From a virus: 64,000 nt of DNA. The translations under genes and the position numbers were made by a program. The stretch is taken from the IMG/VR virus record IMGVR_UViG_3300006793_000026, positions 4,956 to 68,955 of that record. One strand, 5' to 3'. Below are positions 46,688 to 56,993 of the stretch, piece by piece; position 1 is the stretch's first letter; every line of letters starts with the position of its first letter. Under the pieces are notes generated by a model. The model was not told the origin of the DNA and searched no databases. It saw nothing but the letters and a program-made list of their open reading frames with translations.

Positions 46688-48091
46688 ATGCAACACAAAA
46701 GTAAACTTGATCAGCTCCTTGAAAATACTCAAGGAGCACTAAGCGAAGACGAAATCGAAGTCTACGGTGGTGAAGGCGAAGCTGACGCTGATATGGATAT
46801 GGGTTATGAAGATGACGAGGCAGTTGACCTCGACGCTAAAGCACCAGAATCCGCTGGAAAAGACGATCATGACTTTAAAGTCATGACCGGAGATGACGAT
46901 CTCGATGGACTAATTGATCAACTCAAAAATATTGTCGATGAGCTCGAAGGTATGGAAGATGACCTTGGTGCTGGCGATGACGAAATCGAAGTCGATGTTG
47001 AATCAGGCGACGATGAAGTAGACCTCGAGTTTGAGGACGAAGTTGAAGAAGCCAAGTGTGGTCAGCACGACGAAGACTACGGTCTAGACGAAGCTACTGA
47101 CACTGCGTCTGGTGCTGGTGATGTTGCCCCTGAGGGTGGTAAAGCATCGGGTCCAGAAGCTAAAGAAGGTGGTTCTGCTGGTAAAGCTGACGATTCTAAA
47201 GTAGCTAAAGCTGCTGATGATGAAGAAGCTATCGATGATACTATCGATGCTATTGAAAAGTCTGCCCCTGGCAAAGACAATACCGCACAGACTGGTAACA
47301 AGGTTGACGTCAAGAAAACCAACCCAGCTATCGCTGGAACTGGTGAAGGTGTCGCCGAAGTCAAAGTTGAGAACGTTGAAGTCGACCTCTCGAAAGAGAT
47401 TGCTGCAATCGTTTCCCTTGATTCTACTCTTTCTGAATCTGCACAAAAGAAGACTGCAAAGCTCTTCGAAAACGCAGTAAACAAGAAAGTTTCGATGATT
47501 AACCGGGAATTGAGTGCACAGTACACCGAACTCGTTGAGAGCCGTTGTGCTGACTTTGAAACTCAGCTGGTAGAAAAAGTTGATCAATACTTAGATTATG
47601 TTGTTGAAAACTACATGACTGATAACGCCCTTGCAATTGAAGAGGGTTTGAAAGTTCGTGTATCAGGTTCATTCCTCGAAGGCCTTGGCCGACTGTTTGA
47701 AGAGCATTACGTCTCTGTCCCATCTGGAAAAGTTGATCTTGTTGAGAAACTTGAAGGTGAGATTGAACAAGCCGAAGCTAAACAAAACAAATTGTATGAG
47801 CACGCAATCAAGCTACGTCGTGAGAATATCTCGCTCCGTAAAGCTTCTGCAGTCCGTAAGCTGACTGAAGGTATGAGTGCTGTTGAGGTTTCTAAGTTCA
47901 AGACTCTTGTTGAGAGTGTTGAGTACAAGAGCCAAAACCAATTTGTCAAAGCTATTGAAGCTGTAAAAGCAACACACTTTATCAACGAAGATGTTGCTAC
48001 ACCTGAACCGCAAGAGTTTGAAACCCTTGCTGAAGAAACTAAAGCCTCATCTATGGATAAGTACGTAAGTGCAATCCGTAGGTTCAAATAA
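46688..48091 (+). CDS. gp22: prohead scaffold gp22
   Basis: Highly acidic; LSE....K...LFE.AV, VD.YLDYVVE, AIE.G, F.EHY..VP, M..Y..AI. Confidence 0.9.
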   Translation: MQHKSKLDQLLENTQGALSEDEIEVYGGEGEADADMDMGYEDDEAVDLDAKAPESAGKDDHDFKVMTGDDDLDGLIDQLKNIVDELEGMEDDLGAGDDEIEVDVESGDDEVDLEFEDEVEEAKCGQHDEDYGLDEATDTASGAGDVAPEGGKASGPEAKEGGSAGKADDSKVAKAADDEEAIDDTIDAIEKSAPGKDNTAQTGNKVDVKKTNPAIAGTGEGVAEVKVENVEVDLSKEIAAIVSLDSTLSESAQKKTAKLFENAVNKKVSMINRELSAQYTELVESRCADFETQLVEKVDQYLDYVVENYMTDNALAIEEGLKVRVSGSFLEGLGRLFEEHYVSVPSGKVDLVEKLEGEIEQAEAKQNKLYEHAIKLRRENISLRKASAVRKLTEGMSAVEVSKFKTLVESVEYKSQNQFVKAIEAVKATHFINEDVATPEPQEFETLAEETKASSMDKYVSAIRRFK

Positions 48092-48111
48092 TCTAACTAG
48101 GAAAAAGAAAA

Positions 48112-49443
48112 ATGAAAACTACAGATCTTTTGATCGAAAAGTGGTCGCCGGTTCTGGATGCTCCAGAAGCTGGTCAGATCCAAGATCACTACCGTAAGAG
48201 CGTAACTGCTCAAATCCTCGAAAACCAAGAGAAAGCCTTTGCTGAGCAAGGCATGATCAACGAAGCAGTTCACGGTTCTTCTGTCTCTAACGGCGGCGTT
48301 GAGAACTGGAACCCAATCCTGATCAGCCTCGTACGTCGTGCGATGCCTAACCTGGTTGCTTATGACATTGCTGGTGTTCAGCCAATGTCTGGTCCAACTG
48401 GCCTGATCTTCGCAATGAAATCACGTTACGGTGCTAACAACTCTGGTGTTGAAGCTCTGTTCAACGAAGCTGACACAGACTTCGGTGGTGCAGGTACGCA
48501 CGCTGGCGATTCTTCTTCGCTGGTAACTGGTGCTGGTGGCGCAACTGACGTTGGTGCTGGTGGTTCTGGTACAGGTGACGACATTGCTGATAACTTTGGC
48601 TTCGGTACCGGTATTGCTACCGGAACTGGTGAGGACCTTGGTTCTGGTTCGACTATGAACGAAATGTCTTTCTCAATCGAAAAAGCAACCGTTACTGCGA
48701 AAACACGCGCGCTCAAAGCTGAGTACACGATGGAAATCGCACAGGACCTGAAAGCAATCCACGGCCTCGACGCTGAAGCTGAGCTTGCTAACATCCTGTC
48801 GACTGAAATCTTGGCTGAAATCAACCGTGAAGTTGTTCGTACGATCAACTCGAAAGCTAAGCTCGGTGCACAGACTGCTAACGTCACGACTCCAGGCGTA
48901 TTCGACCTGCACACTGACGCAGACGGTCGTTGGTCGGGTGAGAAGTTTGCTGGTCTCCTGACACAGCTTGACTTCGAAGCCAACCAAATCGCGAAAGAAA
49001 CACGTCGCGGTAAGGGGAACTTTGTTCTTTGTTCGTCGAACGTTGCAACTGCTCTTCACATGAGCGGCATGCTTGCGTACACTCCAGCCCTTAACACGAA
49101 GCTGGACGTTGACGATACAGGTAACACCTTCGCAGGTGTCCTGAACGGCAAGATCAAAGTTTACATCGATCCATATGCGACTGTTGATTACGCAACTGTT
49201 GGTTACCGTGGTACGAGCCCGTATGACGCTGGTATGTTCTACTGCCCATACGTACCTCTGACGATGGTTCGTGCTGTTAACGAGTCTACCTTCCAGCCAA
49301 AAATCGGATTCAAAACCCGTTACGGTATGGTTGCTAACCCGTTTGCTGAACCTGCAGCTGCAGTTGACAACACTGGTGCGGACCGTAGCAACGTCTACTT
49401 CCGTATCTTCCGCGTTGCAAACCTGCTGAACGCTGGTGCATAA
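48112..49443 (+). CDS. gp23: major capsid protein gp23
   Basis: KW.PVL, LISLVRR.MPNL.AYD..GVQPM.GPTGLIFAM, HGLDAE.EL, YCPYVPL, FQPKIGFKTRYG. Confidence 0.98.
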   Translation: MKTTDLLIEKWSPVLDAPEAGQIQDHYRKSVTAQILENQEKAFAEQGMINEAVHGSSVSNGGVENWNPILISLVRRAMPNLVAYDIAGVQPMSGPTGLIFAMKSRYGANNSGVEALFNEADTDFGGAGTHAGDSSSLVTGAGGATDVGAGGSGTGDDIADNFGFGTGIATGTGEDLGSGSTMNEMSFSIEKATVTAKTRALKAEYTMEIAQDLKAIHGLDAEAELANILSTEILAEINREVVRTINSKAKLGAQTANVTTPGVFDLHTDADGRWSGEKFAGLLTQLDFEANQIAKETRRGKGNFVLCSSNVATALHMSGMLAYTPALNTKLDVDDTGNTFAGVLNGKIKVYIDPYATVDYATVGYRGTSPYDAGMFYCPYVPLTMVRAVNESTFQPKIGFKTRYGMVANPFAEPAAAVDNTGADRSNVYFRIFRVANLLNAGA

Positions 49444-49466
49444 GTCTAACGACTTATAACTAACAG

Positions 49467-49498
49467 GAAGGGTCCTCTCACGAGGGCCCTTCTTTTTT
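49467..49498 (+). terminator. intrinsic terminator after gp23
   Basis: GAAGGGTCCTC-TCAC-GAGGGCCCTTC-TTTTTT, followed by late box 49500-49507. Confidence 0.9.
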
Positions 49499-49530
49499 AT
49501 ATAAATACATGTACAGAACATAGGTGACAT

Positions 49531-49983
49531 ATGATTAATCAGACGTATACGACAGCAACTAGCTTTGGGATGTTTATTCCAGGTGAAGAGTATGCTGGTC
49601 TTCAAATGAAAATAACTAGCTTTGGGATTCCACAAGTTAGTGCAGCTGCGGTTGAGCAAGGTACTCGTGTACTTCAGGCGAAGCACGCTGCATCAAGGGT
49701 AAAATTTGAGCCTCTACGTGTAAGTGTATTGTCGGACGGTGGACTGTCGAATATAAAGCCAGTCCATAATTGGCTTATAAATAATGTTATAGAGAATGAC
49801 ACAGTTACAAAGGACATTCGCGTCATTGGGTATTCTGCATCTGAGGTCCCTGTATTTACGGTCGATTTCCATGATGCGTTTCCAACCAGTATTGACATTG
49901 ATAAGTTTGATTCAATGGATTCAACCGACGCGTTAATTAAAGCACAACTCGAATTCGCGTATGACCTTTATACTTATGGATGA
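49531..49983 (+). CDS. gp3: tail tube terminator gp3-like
   Basis: F.IP, F.PL.V, W, F.DAFP.S, F.Y; gp23-gp3-uvsY synteny. Confidence 0.75.
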   Translation: MINQTYTTATSFGMFIPGEEYAGLQMKITSFGIPQVSAAAVEQGTRVLQAKHAASRVKFEPLRVSVLSDGGLSNIKPVHNWLINNVIENDTVTKDIRVIGYSASEVPVFTVDFHDAFPTSIDIDKFDSMDSTDALIKAQLEFAYDLYTYG

Positions 49984-49987
49984 TTAA

Positions 49988-50434
49988 ATGAAAGTTGAAG
50001 ACCTTCTTTTAGAATGGAAAAAAGACTCAGAGATCAACAAGTCAAAGCTAGATGATGAGTCAATTAAAACAGCGATGCTCCACGCCAAGTACCTGGAGAT
50101 CCATTCTGCTGTTAAAATCCGATACAACAAGTTACGAGCAAGACTCAAAGATCTTGAGTTTGAAAAACGTCGTTGGCTGAAAGGTACGATGACAAAAGAA
50201 GAAATGGACGATCGCGATTGGGACTATGACCCCTGGAAGGGAATGTCTAAACCGATGAAGTCCGAAATGGATGATCACCTGTTTGCTGATAGTGATGTCA
50301 AGAAGGTGGTTGAAAGATTAAAAGACACAGAGGTTCTCCTTGAAACCCTTGAGTCAATAATGCAGAATATACAATGGAGACATCAATCGATCAAAAACTC
50401 GATTGACTTTATGAAGTTCCAAGCCGGTGGGTAA
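49988..50434 (+). CDS. uvsY: recombination mediator UvsY
   Basis: W.KDS.I, LH.KY, W..DP, I..R...IKN.I....F.AG. Confidence 0.88.
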   Translation: MKVEDLLLEWKKDSEINKSKLDDESIKTAMLHAKYLEIHSAVKIRYNKLRARLKDLEFEKRRWLKGTMTKEEMDDRDWDYDPWKGMSKPMKSEMDDHLFADSDVKKVVERLKDTEVLLETLESIMQNIQWRHQSIKNSIDFMKFQAGG

Positions 50435-51948
50435 TGACCGAAACAATAGTCCTCTCTTATAAGAACCAAGCGAAGATTCGTATAGACTCTACTGACGGTG
50501 GAATTCTACACGAACTGCAAGAACATTTCTCGTTTTATGCTCAGGGTTATAAGTACATGCCGGCATACAAGTCCGGCATGTGGGACGGTAAGATTCGTTT
50601 GTTCGATATGAGAACGCAGACGTTACCAGCTGGTTTGTACCATGCTATACAGGAATTCGCGGCTAATAAGTCCCGGCAATACACCATCGCCCTTGAGAAT
50701 AACAGTTATTTTGGCACAGTAGGATCTGCGGACAATGTCTCGTATGACGAGTTCTACGCCTTCGTTCAAGGCCTAAATCTTTCAGCCGACGGTAAACGTA
50801 TTGAGCCGCGTAATTATCAGATCCAGTCTGCATATAGTGCAATCAAAAACTATAGACAGCTAATACTGTCACCGACTGGAACAGGCAAGTCTCTTATCAT
50901 GTACATGATCATGAGATGGGTACTTCACTGTATGGACGGTGAAAGGTTTGTCATTATCGTTCCTACGACTACGTTGACCCACCAATTGATCAGTGACTTT
51001 GAGGATTATGCCGCTCTTGACGAAGAGTTCGCGGTCGGGGATATGTGTTACCCTATCTTTGCTGGGCAGGATAAGAAGGCACCACAGCAAGTTATTGTAT
51101 CAACATGGCAGTCGTTGGCTAAGTTTGATCGTACATGGTTGATGGAAGTAGGCGGTGTTATTGGTGACGAAGCACATACGTGTTCGGCCAAGATATGCCA
51201 GGGCATCCTCGACAAGATGACTAATGCTCAGTATCGTATTGGGACGACCGGAACCCTCGATGGTTCAAAGGTGCATGAGATGGTTCTTGAAGGTATCTTC
51301 GGCCCTACAATTGTGGCTACCACGACGAAGGAACAGATCGACGAAGGTAACCTGGCACAGCTTCAGATCAATGTGATGAAGCTACAATATCCTGAAGAAG
51401 AACGCAGATTTGCTAAGTTCAAATACGCAGATGAGATACAGTATATTGCTAAACATGAAAAGCGCAATCGGTTTGTAGCTAAGCTTGCGCTGAATACAGA
51501 AGGCAATACCTTGGTGATGTTTCGATTTAAAGAGCATGGACAGCTTCTGTATGATATGATCAAAGAGAAGTCAGGTGATAGACGTAAGGTCTTCCTTGTG
51601 CACGGTGAGATTGATGGTGCATATCGTAACGAAATCCGTGGCGTGGTTGAGAAAGAACAAGACGCGATCATTGTTGCGTCCATAGGTACATTCTCGACAG
51701 GTATAAATATAAAGAATTTGCATAACCTGGTATTTGCCACACCTCATAAAGGCAGAATTAAAGTATTACAGTCCCTCGGCCGGGCGTTACGTAAATCAAC
51801 AGATGGACGAGAAACGATCATGTATGACATATGTGATGACCTCTCATGGAAAAAGCGTAAGAACTTTGCGCTTGTTCATTCGATCGAAAGAATCAAACAG
51901 TTTAGTGCTGAAAAGCTAAGTTATAAAATATACGATATAAAATTATAG
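50434..51948 (+). CDS. uvsW: DNA helicase UvsW
   Basis: WDGKIRLF, SPTGTGKS, DEAH, GTTGT, FSTGINIKNLHN, QSLGRALR. Confidence 0.95.
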   Translation: MTETIVLSYKNQAKIRIDSTDGGILHELQEHFSFYAQGYKYMPAYKSGMWDGKIRLFDMRTQTLPAGLYHAIQEFAANKSRQYTIALENNSYFGTVGSADNVSYDEFYAFVQGLNLSADGKRIEPRNYQIQSAYSAIKNYRQLILSPTGTGKSLIMYMIMRWVLHCMDGERFVIIVPTTTLTHQLISDFEDYAALDEEFAVGDMCYPIFAGQDKKAPQQVIVSTWQSLAKFDRTWLMEVGGVIGDEAHTCSAKICQGILDKMTNAQYRIGTTGTLDGSKVHEMVLEGIFGPTIVATTTKEQIDEGNLAQLQINVMKLQYPEEERRFAKFKYADEIQYIAKHEKRNRFVAKLALNTEGNTLVMFRFKEHGQLLYDMIKEKSGDRRKVFLVHGEIDGAYRNEIRGVVEKEQDAIIVASIGTFSTGINIKNLHNLVFATPHKGRIKVLQSLGRALRKSTDGRETIMYDICDDLSWKKRKNFALVHSIERIKQFSAEKLSYKIYDIKL

Positions 51949-51958
51949 GAACGTGAAT

Positions 51959-52465
51959 ATGAGTGAAGATACTGAAAAAAAAGAATGGCCTGAAGTATAT
52001 GATGAGCGGATGATTAAGATCCTTACTCTATCGTCCGGTGAAAAGATTATTACGTACGTAAGAGAACTCGGTGAGTACGGACAATATATTTGTGAGAGAC
52101 CATTTACGGTTTGTGCGGATCTTAAAGAGGGTGAGTACTTCCTAACCCAGTTCTGTCCATACGCAGATACTTCAGTACCATTTGTATTCCAGACAGCAGG
52201 AGTTATTGGAGTTGCCAATACGACAGCAGACTCTCGAGCTCATTACTTCCGGTGTATTAGAGAAGAAGTTGTGGCTGAAGCTGCACAAAACGGAACTATT
52301 GATGAGAATGCAGACTTTGGTGTTATGATGGAACAGTTACAGGAACAGTTATCGACTGCACTTGGTCCTAAAAATGACGTCGGGTTTTTTGAATCTTCCT
52401 CTGACACTGATGGTGATAACGTTGTAGATCTCTCTAATTGGTCACCTGATACTAAACCTAACTAA
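51959..52465 (+). CDS. hypothetical protein (Sm-like N-terminus, usual uvsW-downstream gene)
   Basis: IKILTLSSGEKII motif; alternative GTG start at 51953. Confidence 0.65.
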   Translation: MSEDTEKKEWPEVYDERMIKILTLSSGEKIITYVRELGEYGQYICERPFTVCADLKEGEYFLTQFCPYADTSVPFVFQTAGVIGVANTTADSRAHYFRCIREEVVAEAAQNGTIDENADFGVMMEQLQEQLSTALGPKNDVGFFESSSDTDGDNVVDLSNWSPDTKPN

Positions 52466-52468
52466 TAC

Positions 52469-52730
52469 TATAAATACTAATTCAGGTGCCTTGATGCTAT
52501 ATCAAGTGCACCTGCAATGGTAACTCTATTCTATTACCCCAACTCTATATACTATACCCCTGACCGTATCAGAGATAAGTAACTGAATAACCAGAATAAC
52601 AGTAGTTATTTAACGTTGTCTTGAAGGTATCTTTACGATTATGTTCGTTACACGATTATGTATACAAGTTTGCGCCAAAAAACCGCAGTTTTTACCCAAC
52701 TATTTTATTACAAATTCGTAATACTCCAGA
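52469..52730 (+). ncRNA. candidate late non-coding transcript
   Basis: Orphan TATAAATA 52469-52476, then a hairpin at 52483-52514; no ORF until the next early promoter. Confidence 0.35.
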
Positions 52731-52743
52731 CCGCAATTAACTG

Positions 52744-52772
52744 TGTACAAACACGGTAATTCGTAGTATAAT
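52744..52772 (+). promoter_or_regulatory. early promoter
   Basis: TGTACA-17nt-TATAAT. Confidence 0.85.
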
Positions 52773-52803
52773 GTATATAAGGTTATACACAAGGAAAAAA
52801 AAT

Positions 52804-53214
52804 ATGATACAATTAATGGGATGGGTAGTCGCCATCGTAGGCTTAGCAGCGCTTGGACATCTTATATCCCAACTCGCAAAAGCTACATGGGATGTAATGA
52901 TTGCTGGATTCAGAGGTGCTTTCGGGCTCATGGTACTTCCAGCATTGATGATTATAGTCGCGATTATGTTCTTCCATCGTCGTAAGGTCAATTACGATAC
53001 GTCTGAATCATGGGATGTGGTATACCGCTTTCTTGTGATTACAATGCAACTTGCATTATGCATACTTTTAATTATGGTAGGAACCGCGATAATCACAGGA
53101 TTCCAGTCGGGTGAATACGTACTTTGTTTCCAGGATCCAACAACTCCCGGCAGAGAGGTGCTTATGAAAGACGAATTTGGTAAGCCGTTTTGTATGAAAG
53201 ACTGGAGAGGCTAA
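52804..53214 (+). CDS. three-TM membrane protein
   Basis: AAGGA SD; three hydrophobic helices. Confidence 0.65.
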   Translation: MIQLMGWVVAIVGLAALGHLISQLAKATWDVMIAGFRGAFGLMVLPALMIIVAIMFFHRRKVNYDTSESWDVVYRFLVITMQLALCILLIMVGTAIITGFQSGEYVLCFQDPTTPGREVLMKDEFGKPFCMKDWRG

Positions 53215-53221
53215 TTAACTG

Positions 53222-53250
53222 TGTACATTACTTTAAGAACGTGTTATAAT
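53222..53250 (+). promoter_or_regulatory. early promoter
   Basis: TGTACA-17nt-TATAAT. Confidence 0.85.
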
Positions 53251-53287
53251 AATATTATGATGAACACTTACATACATGGATCACAAT

Positions 53288-53848
53288 ATGGCACGATCTA
53301 AAAAGAAGCCTGAGCACTACGTCGATAACGCTAAGTTTACCCAAGCAGTCCATGAGTACGTTATGGCCTGCCGCGAAGCTGAAGAGTGTGGTGAAGACGT
53401 ACCACCTGTCACTAACTATATCGGTGAGTGTTTTTACAAGATTGCAACCGGACTAACATACACTCGTAAATTTATACGTCGTACCTACAAAGAAGAACTG
53501 GCGATGGATGCGATTGAAGACTGTCTCAAGCGTATACGTAATTACAATATCGATGCATCAACACGTACTGGTAAACCAAATGCGTTTGCGTACTTTACCC
53601 AGATTTGTTATTACTCGTTCCTTCGTACCGTTGAACGTCATAACAAAGAGTTACGTAAGAAGCTTCGGTTTATCGAGAAGACCGCAATCGAGATTGGTGC
53701 ATCAACTGAGTACGGTGACACTAACAAAGTCCTAGAATATCTTGACGAGGTACGAGCTCCATGGGAGAACGCAGTACCACAGCCAAAAAAAGAAGAACCA
53801 AAACCTAAGGTTGAAAAGGCCAAAGGTCTGGAGAAGTTTGCCAAATGA
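53288..53848 (+). CDS. gp55: late sigma factor gp55
   Basis: HYVDN..F, YIGECF.KIA, D.IE.C, NAFAYFTQICYY.FLR. Confidence 0.93.
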   Translation: MARSKKKPEHYVDNAKFTQAVHEYVMACREAEECGEDVPPVTNYIGECFYKIATGLTYTRKFIRRTYKEELAMDAIEDCLKRIRNYNIDASTRTGKPNAFAYFTQICYYSFLRTVERHNKELRKKLRFIEKTAIEIGASTEYGDTNKVLEYLDEVRAPWENAVPQPKKEEPKPKVEKAKGLEKFAK

Positions 53849-54912
53849 CACGTGTTGCTATTCTCAACGATACTCATGCCGGTGCTCGTAACTCGTCGGG
53901 TATCTTTATCGGCTATCAAGAGCGTTTCTATACTGACATATTCTTTCCGTACCTTCGTGAACACGGTATCGATCGTATCCTACACCTCGGTGACTACTAT
54001 GAACATCGTAAGTTTGTAAACTTCAAGGTCCTAAATGCTAATCGTACTCACTTCCTTGAGAAGTTGCGTGAGTACAATATTACTATGGACATAATTCCAG
54101 GTAACCATGACGTCACGTATCGTAATACAAACGACCTATGTTCCCTCAGTGAGCTGATGATTGGCTTTGACGATGTGGTTAATATTCACATGAAGCCAAC
54201 CGAACTGAAGTTTAGTGAGACCGATCAGAAGATCCTTATGCTTCCATGGATCAACAGTGAGAATGAACACTATACCCTCAAATGTATCGAACAAACCGAT
54301 GCCAAGATCTGTTTAGGTCACTTCGAGTTCTGTGGCTTCGAGATGTATCGTGGTGCTATCTGTCATGAAGGTATGGATATGAAGCCATTCGGCAAGTTTG
54401 ACTCGGTGTACTCTGGTCACTTCCATACGAAGTCGTCTAATGGTCATATCATGTACCTCGGATCGCAAATGGAATTCACCTGGGCTGACTGTGAGGACCC
54501 TAAGTACTTCCACATTCTTGACCTTGAAGACGGTCAATTGACAGCAGTAAATAATCCACTCACGTTGTTTACCAAAGTAACCTATGACGACGAATCCTTC
54601 GAATATGCTGACTTTGACTATAGTATCTTCGATAGACAGTTCGTCAAGGTTGTGGTTGCAAACAAAACTGATCGTCATCAGTTTGAAGACTTTATCGCCA
54701 ATGTCCAGCTACGTAAGGTATACGACCTCAAAATCGTAGAGTCATTCGAAGGTGTTAAGGTGACTGATGACGACGAGTATACACATTTCGAAGAGACAAG
54801 CGAGTTGATATCACAATATGTGGATGCGATCGACACTCTACTTGATCGTGACCTACTTAAGACCCAACTAAAAGAACTATATAATGAGGCACTCCATGCA
54901 GAACAACTTTAA
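53845..54912 (+). CDS. gp47: recombination nuclease gp47 (Mre11-like)
   Basis: DTH.G, LGD, GNHD, PWI, GHFE, SGHFH. Confidence 0.94.
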   Translation: MTRVAILNDTHAGARNSSGIFIGYQERFYTDIFFPYLREHGIDRILHLGDYYEHRKFVNFKVLNANRTHFLEKLREYNITMDIIPGNHDVTYRNTNDLCSLSELMIGFDDVVNIHMKPTELKFSETDQKILMLPWINSENEHYTLKCIEQTDAKICLGHFEFCGFEMYRGAICHEGMDMKPFGKFDSVYSGHFHTKSSNGHIMYLGSQMEFTWADCEDPKYFHILDLEDGQLTAVNNPLTLFTKVTYDDESFEYADFDYSIFDRQFVKVVVANKTDRHQFEDFIANVQLRKVYDLKIVESFEGVKVTDDDEYTHFEETSELISQYVDAIDTLLDRDLLKTQLKELYNEALHAEQL

Positions 54913-55267
54913 GTCAGGCGTCAAATATGACGGAGGAAAACCTATGATGAGTCTAGTACCGCCTAGAGCATTGCGTGAAACAGCTAAGGTCCTTACATTT
55001 GGGGCACAAAAGTATGCACCTGACAATTGGCGTAAGCTCGATAATCTACAAGGTCGTTACCTTGATGCTGCACTGCGTCATATTAACGAGTTTCAGACTG
55101 GTACAATGGTCGACGAAGAGTCGGGTTGTCCTACTCTGGCCCATGCCATTTGTGACCTCATGTTTGTCCTTGAGGATCTTCTTATGGAAGAGTCAGAGCC
55201 AAAGACCGATCGGGAGACCGACGTTAACAATACCATTATGAAGTTAAGCGAACTACTGGATGATTAA
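54896..55267 (+). CDS. dATP/dGTP diphosphohydrolase-like protein (DUF5664)
   Basis: G.K.D.GKP..SL.P, V.TFGA.KY..DNW, RY.DA..RH, D.ESG...LAHA. Confidence 0.8.
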   Translation: MQNNFKSGVKYDGGKPMMSLVPPRALRETAKVLTFGAQKYAPDNWRKLDNLQGRYLDAALRHINEFQTGTMVDEESGCPTLAHAICDLMFVLEDLLMEESEPKTDRETDVNNTIMKLSELLDD

Positions 55268-55268
55268 T

Positions 55269-56993
55269 ATGTCAATTGTGTTTAAGACCCTACGATGGAA
55301 GAACTTCTTATCGACAGGTGACAATTTTACCGAGATCAATTTCCTTAAGTCACCGAAGACCCTTATCGTAGGTGAAAACGGTGCTGGTAAGTCTACTATG
55401 CTTGATGCGTTGAACTATGTACTGTTCAACAAACCTCACCGTAATATTAATAAACCGCAACTTATTAACTCGATCAATGAAAAGGGTCTTGTGGTTGAGA
55501 TCGAGTTTACGATCGGCCGTAATGACTATAAAGTTATTCGTGGTCATAAACCAGGTATCTTTGAGATTTATCACAACGGTAACCTCATTAATCAAGCTGC
55601 TTCGGTTCGTGATTATCAGGTCCACCTTGAACAGACCATCCTGCGCCTTAACTACAAGTCATTTAACCAAGTGGTTGTTCTTGGATCGTCATCGTTCGTT
55701 CCGTTTATGCAGTTACCTACTGGTCAGAGACGCCAGATCATCGAGAATCTACTTGATATAGATATCTTTACCAAGATGAACCAACTGCTACGTGAGTCAC
55801 ATAGTATTCTGAAAGAACAACATCGTGATAATACTACCAAGTTAGAGGTGATACGTAACAAGATCAATGTTCAAAAGAAGTACATTCACGACCTTGAGCA
55901 ACTTAATAAAGGTCTGATTGACGAGAAGAGAGCTGAGATCGACAAACTGTTTATCGATCATGATAACTATGACGCATCAGTTGCCAAGATACAAAAGAGA
56001 GTTGATGCTGGTAACGATGAATATGTACGTCGTATGGACTCACTTCAAAACAAAATGGACGCTGAACGCAAGACGCTTTCAGGCCTCGACGGCGAAATCA
56101 AGACATCGAAGAAGACTATTAAGTTCTTTGAGCAAAACGATACGTGTCCTATCTGTACTCAAACCGTTGAGCCTGAGCTATCTAAATCTGAGATCAAACG
56201 CCACCACGATTGTATCGAAGAGTTGACTAATCAGAAGACCAACATCGGTGGTACCATTGATGTTATTGCAGGTAACATGGATAAGTTAAATGCAGTACGT
56301 ACTAAGATCGTTGAAGAAGAGAACAAACTACGTAGCTATCAAGAAGAGATGCGTATCATTACTCGTCGTATCAACGGGTTGAATCAAGACATTGCTAACC
56401 TTCAAGAGAAGGGTGGTGACGTTAAAGCTGCTACTCGTGACCTTCGTGGCTATGAGGCTGATCAAGAAGACATCAACCTTGAAATACGTGACATCAATGA
56501 ACAGATGAACTATAACGCTCTGAAGTTCGAGATGTTAAAAGACACCGGTATCAAGACGAAAATCATTCGTAAGTACAGACCAGTCATTAACAAACTGATC
56601 AATGAGTACTTACAAGTTCTCGACTTCTTCGTACAGTTCACTCTTGATGAGAACTTCAAGGAGATTATCAAGTCAAGACATAGAGACATATTCTCTTACT
56701 CGTCATTCTCAGAAGGTGAGAAGTCAAGAATCGATTTGGCATTACTCTTCACATGGCGACAGATTGCAGCTATGAAGAACTCGATGTCAACCAACCTACT
56801 TATCCTTGATGAGACATTCGATTCTAGTCTCGATACTGATGGCGTTGACAACCTACTCAAGATCCTTGACACTCTTGAAGAGGGTACTAACGTGTTTGTT
56901 ATATCTCACAAGAAAGATATGTTAGACTCTAAGTTCCCACGTAAGCTGAACTTCAAGAAGATTAATAACTTTAGTGTCTGTTATGAGGATTAA
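55269..56993 (+). CDS. gp46: recombination ATPase gp46 (Rad50-like)
   Basis: WKNFLSTG, GENGAGKST, CPIC hook, FSEGEK, LILDE.FD, VISH. Confidence 0.95.
   Translation: MSIVFKTLRWKNFLSTGDNFTEINFLKSPKTLIVGENGAGKSTMLDALNYVLFNKPHRNINKPQLINSINEKGLVVEIEFTIGRNDYKVIRGHKPGIFEIYHNGNLINQAASVRDYQVHLEQTILRLNYKSFNQVVVLGSSSFVPFMQLPTGQRRQIIENLLDIDIFTKMNQLLRESHSILKEQHRDNTTKLEVIRNKINVQKKYIHDLEQLNKGLIDEKRAEIDKLFIDHDNYDASVAKIQKRVDAGNDEYVRRMDSLQNKMDAERKTLSGLDGEIKTSKKTIKFFEQNDTCPICTQTVEPELSKSEIKRHHDCIEELTNQKTNIGGTIDVIAGNMDKLNAVRTKIVEEENKLRSYQEEMRIITRRINGLNQDIANLQEKGGDVKAATRDLRGYEADQEDINLEIRDINEQMNYNALKFEMLKDTGIKTKIIRKYRPVINKLINEYLQVLDFFVQFTLDENFKEIIKSRHRDIFSYSSFSEGEKSRIDLALLFTWRQIAAMKNSMSTNLLILDETFDSSLDTDGVDNLLKILDTLEEGTNVFVISHKKDMLDSKFPRKLNFKKINNFSVCYED

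Noticed and set aside
48673-49686. 337-aa antisense ORF, and other long minus-strand ORFs over structural genes
   Set aside because: Shadow frames of strongly codon-biased genes (gp23, gp22 and others); no SD, promoter or motifs
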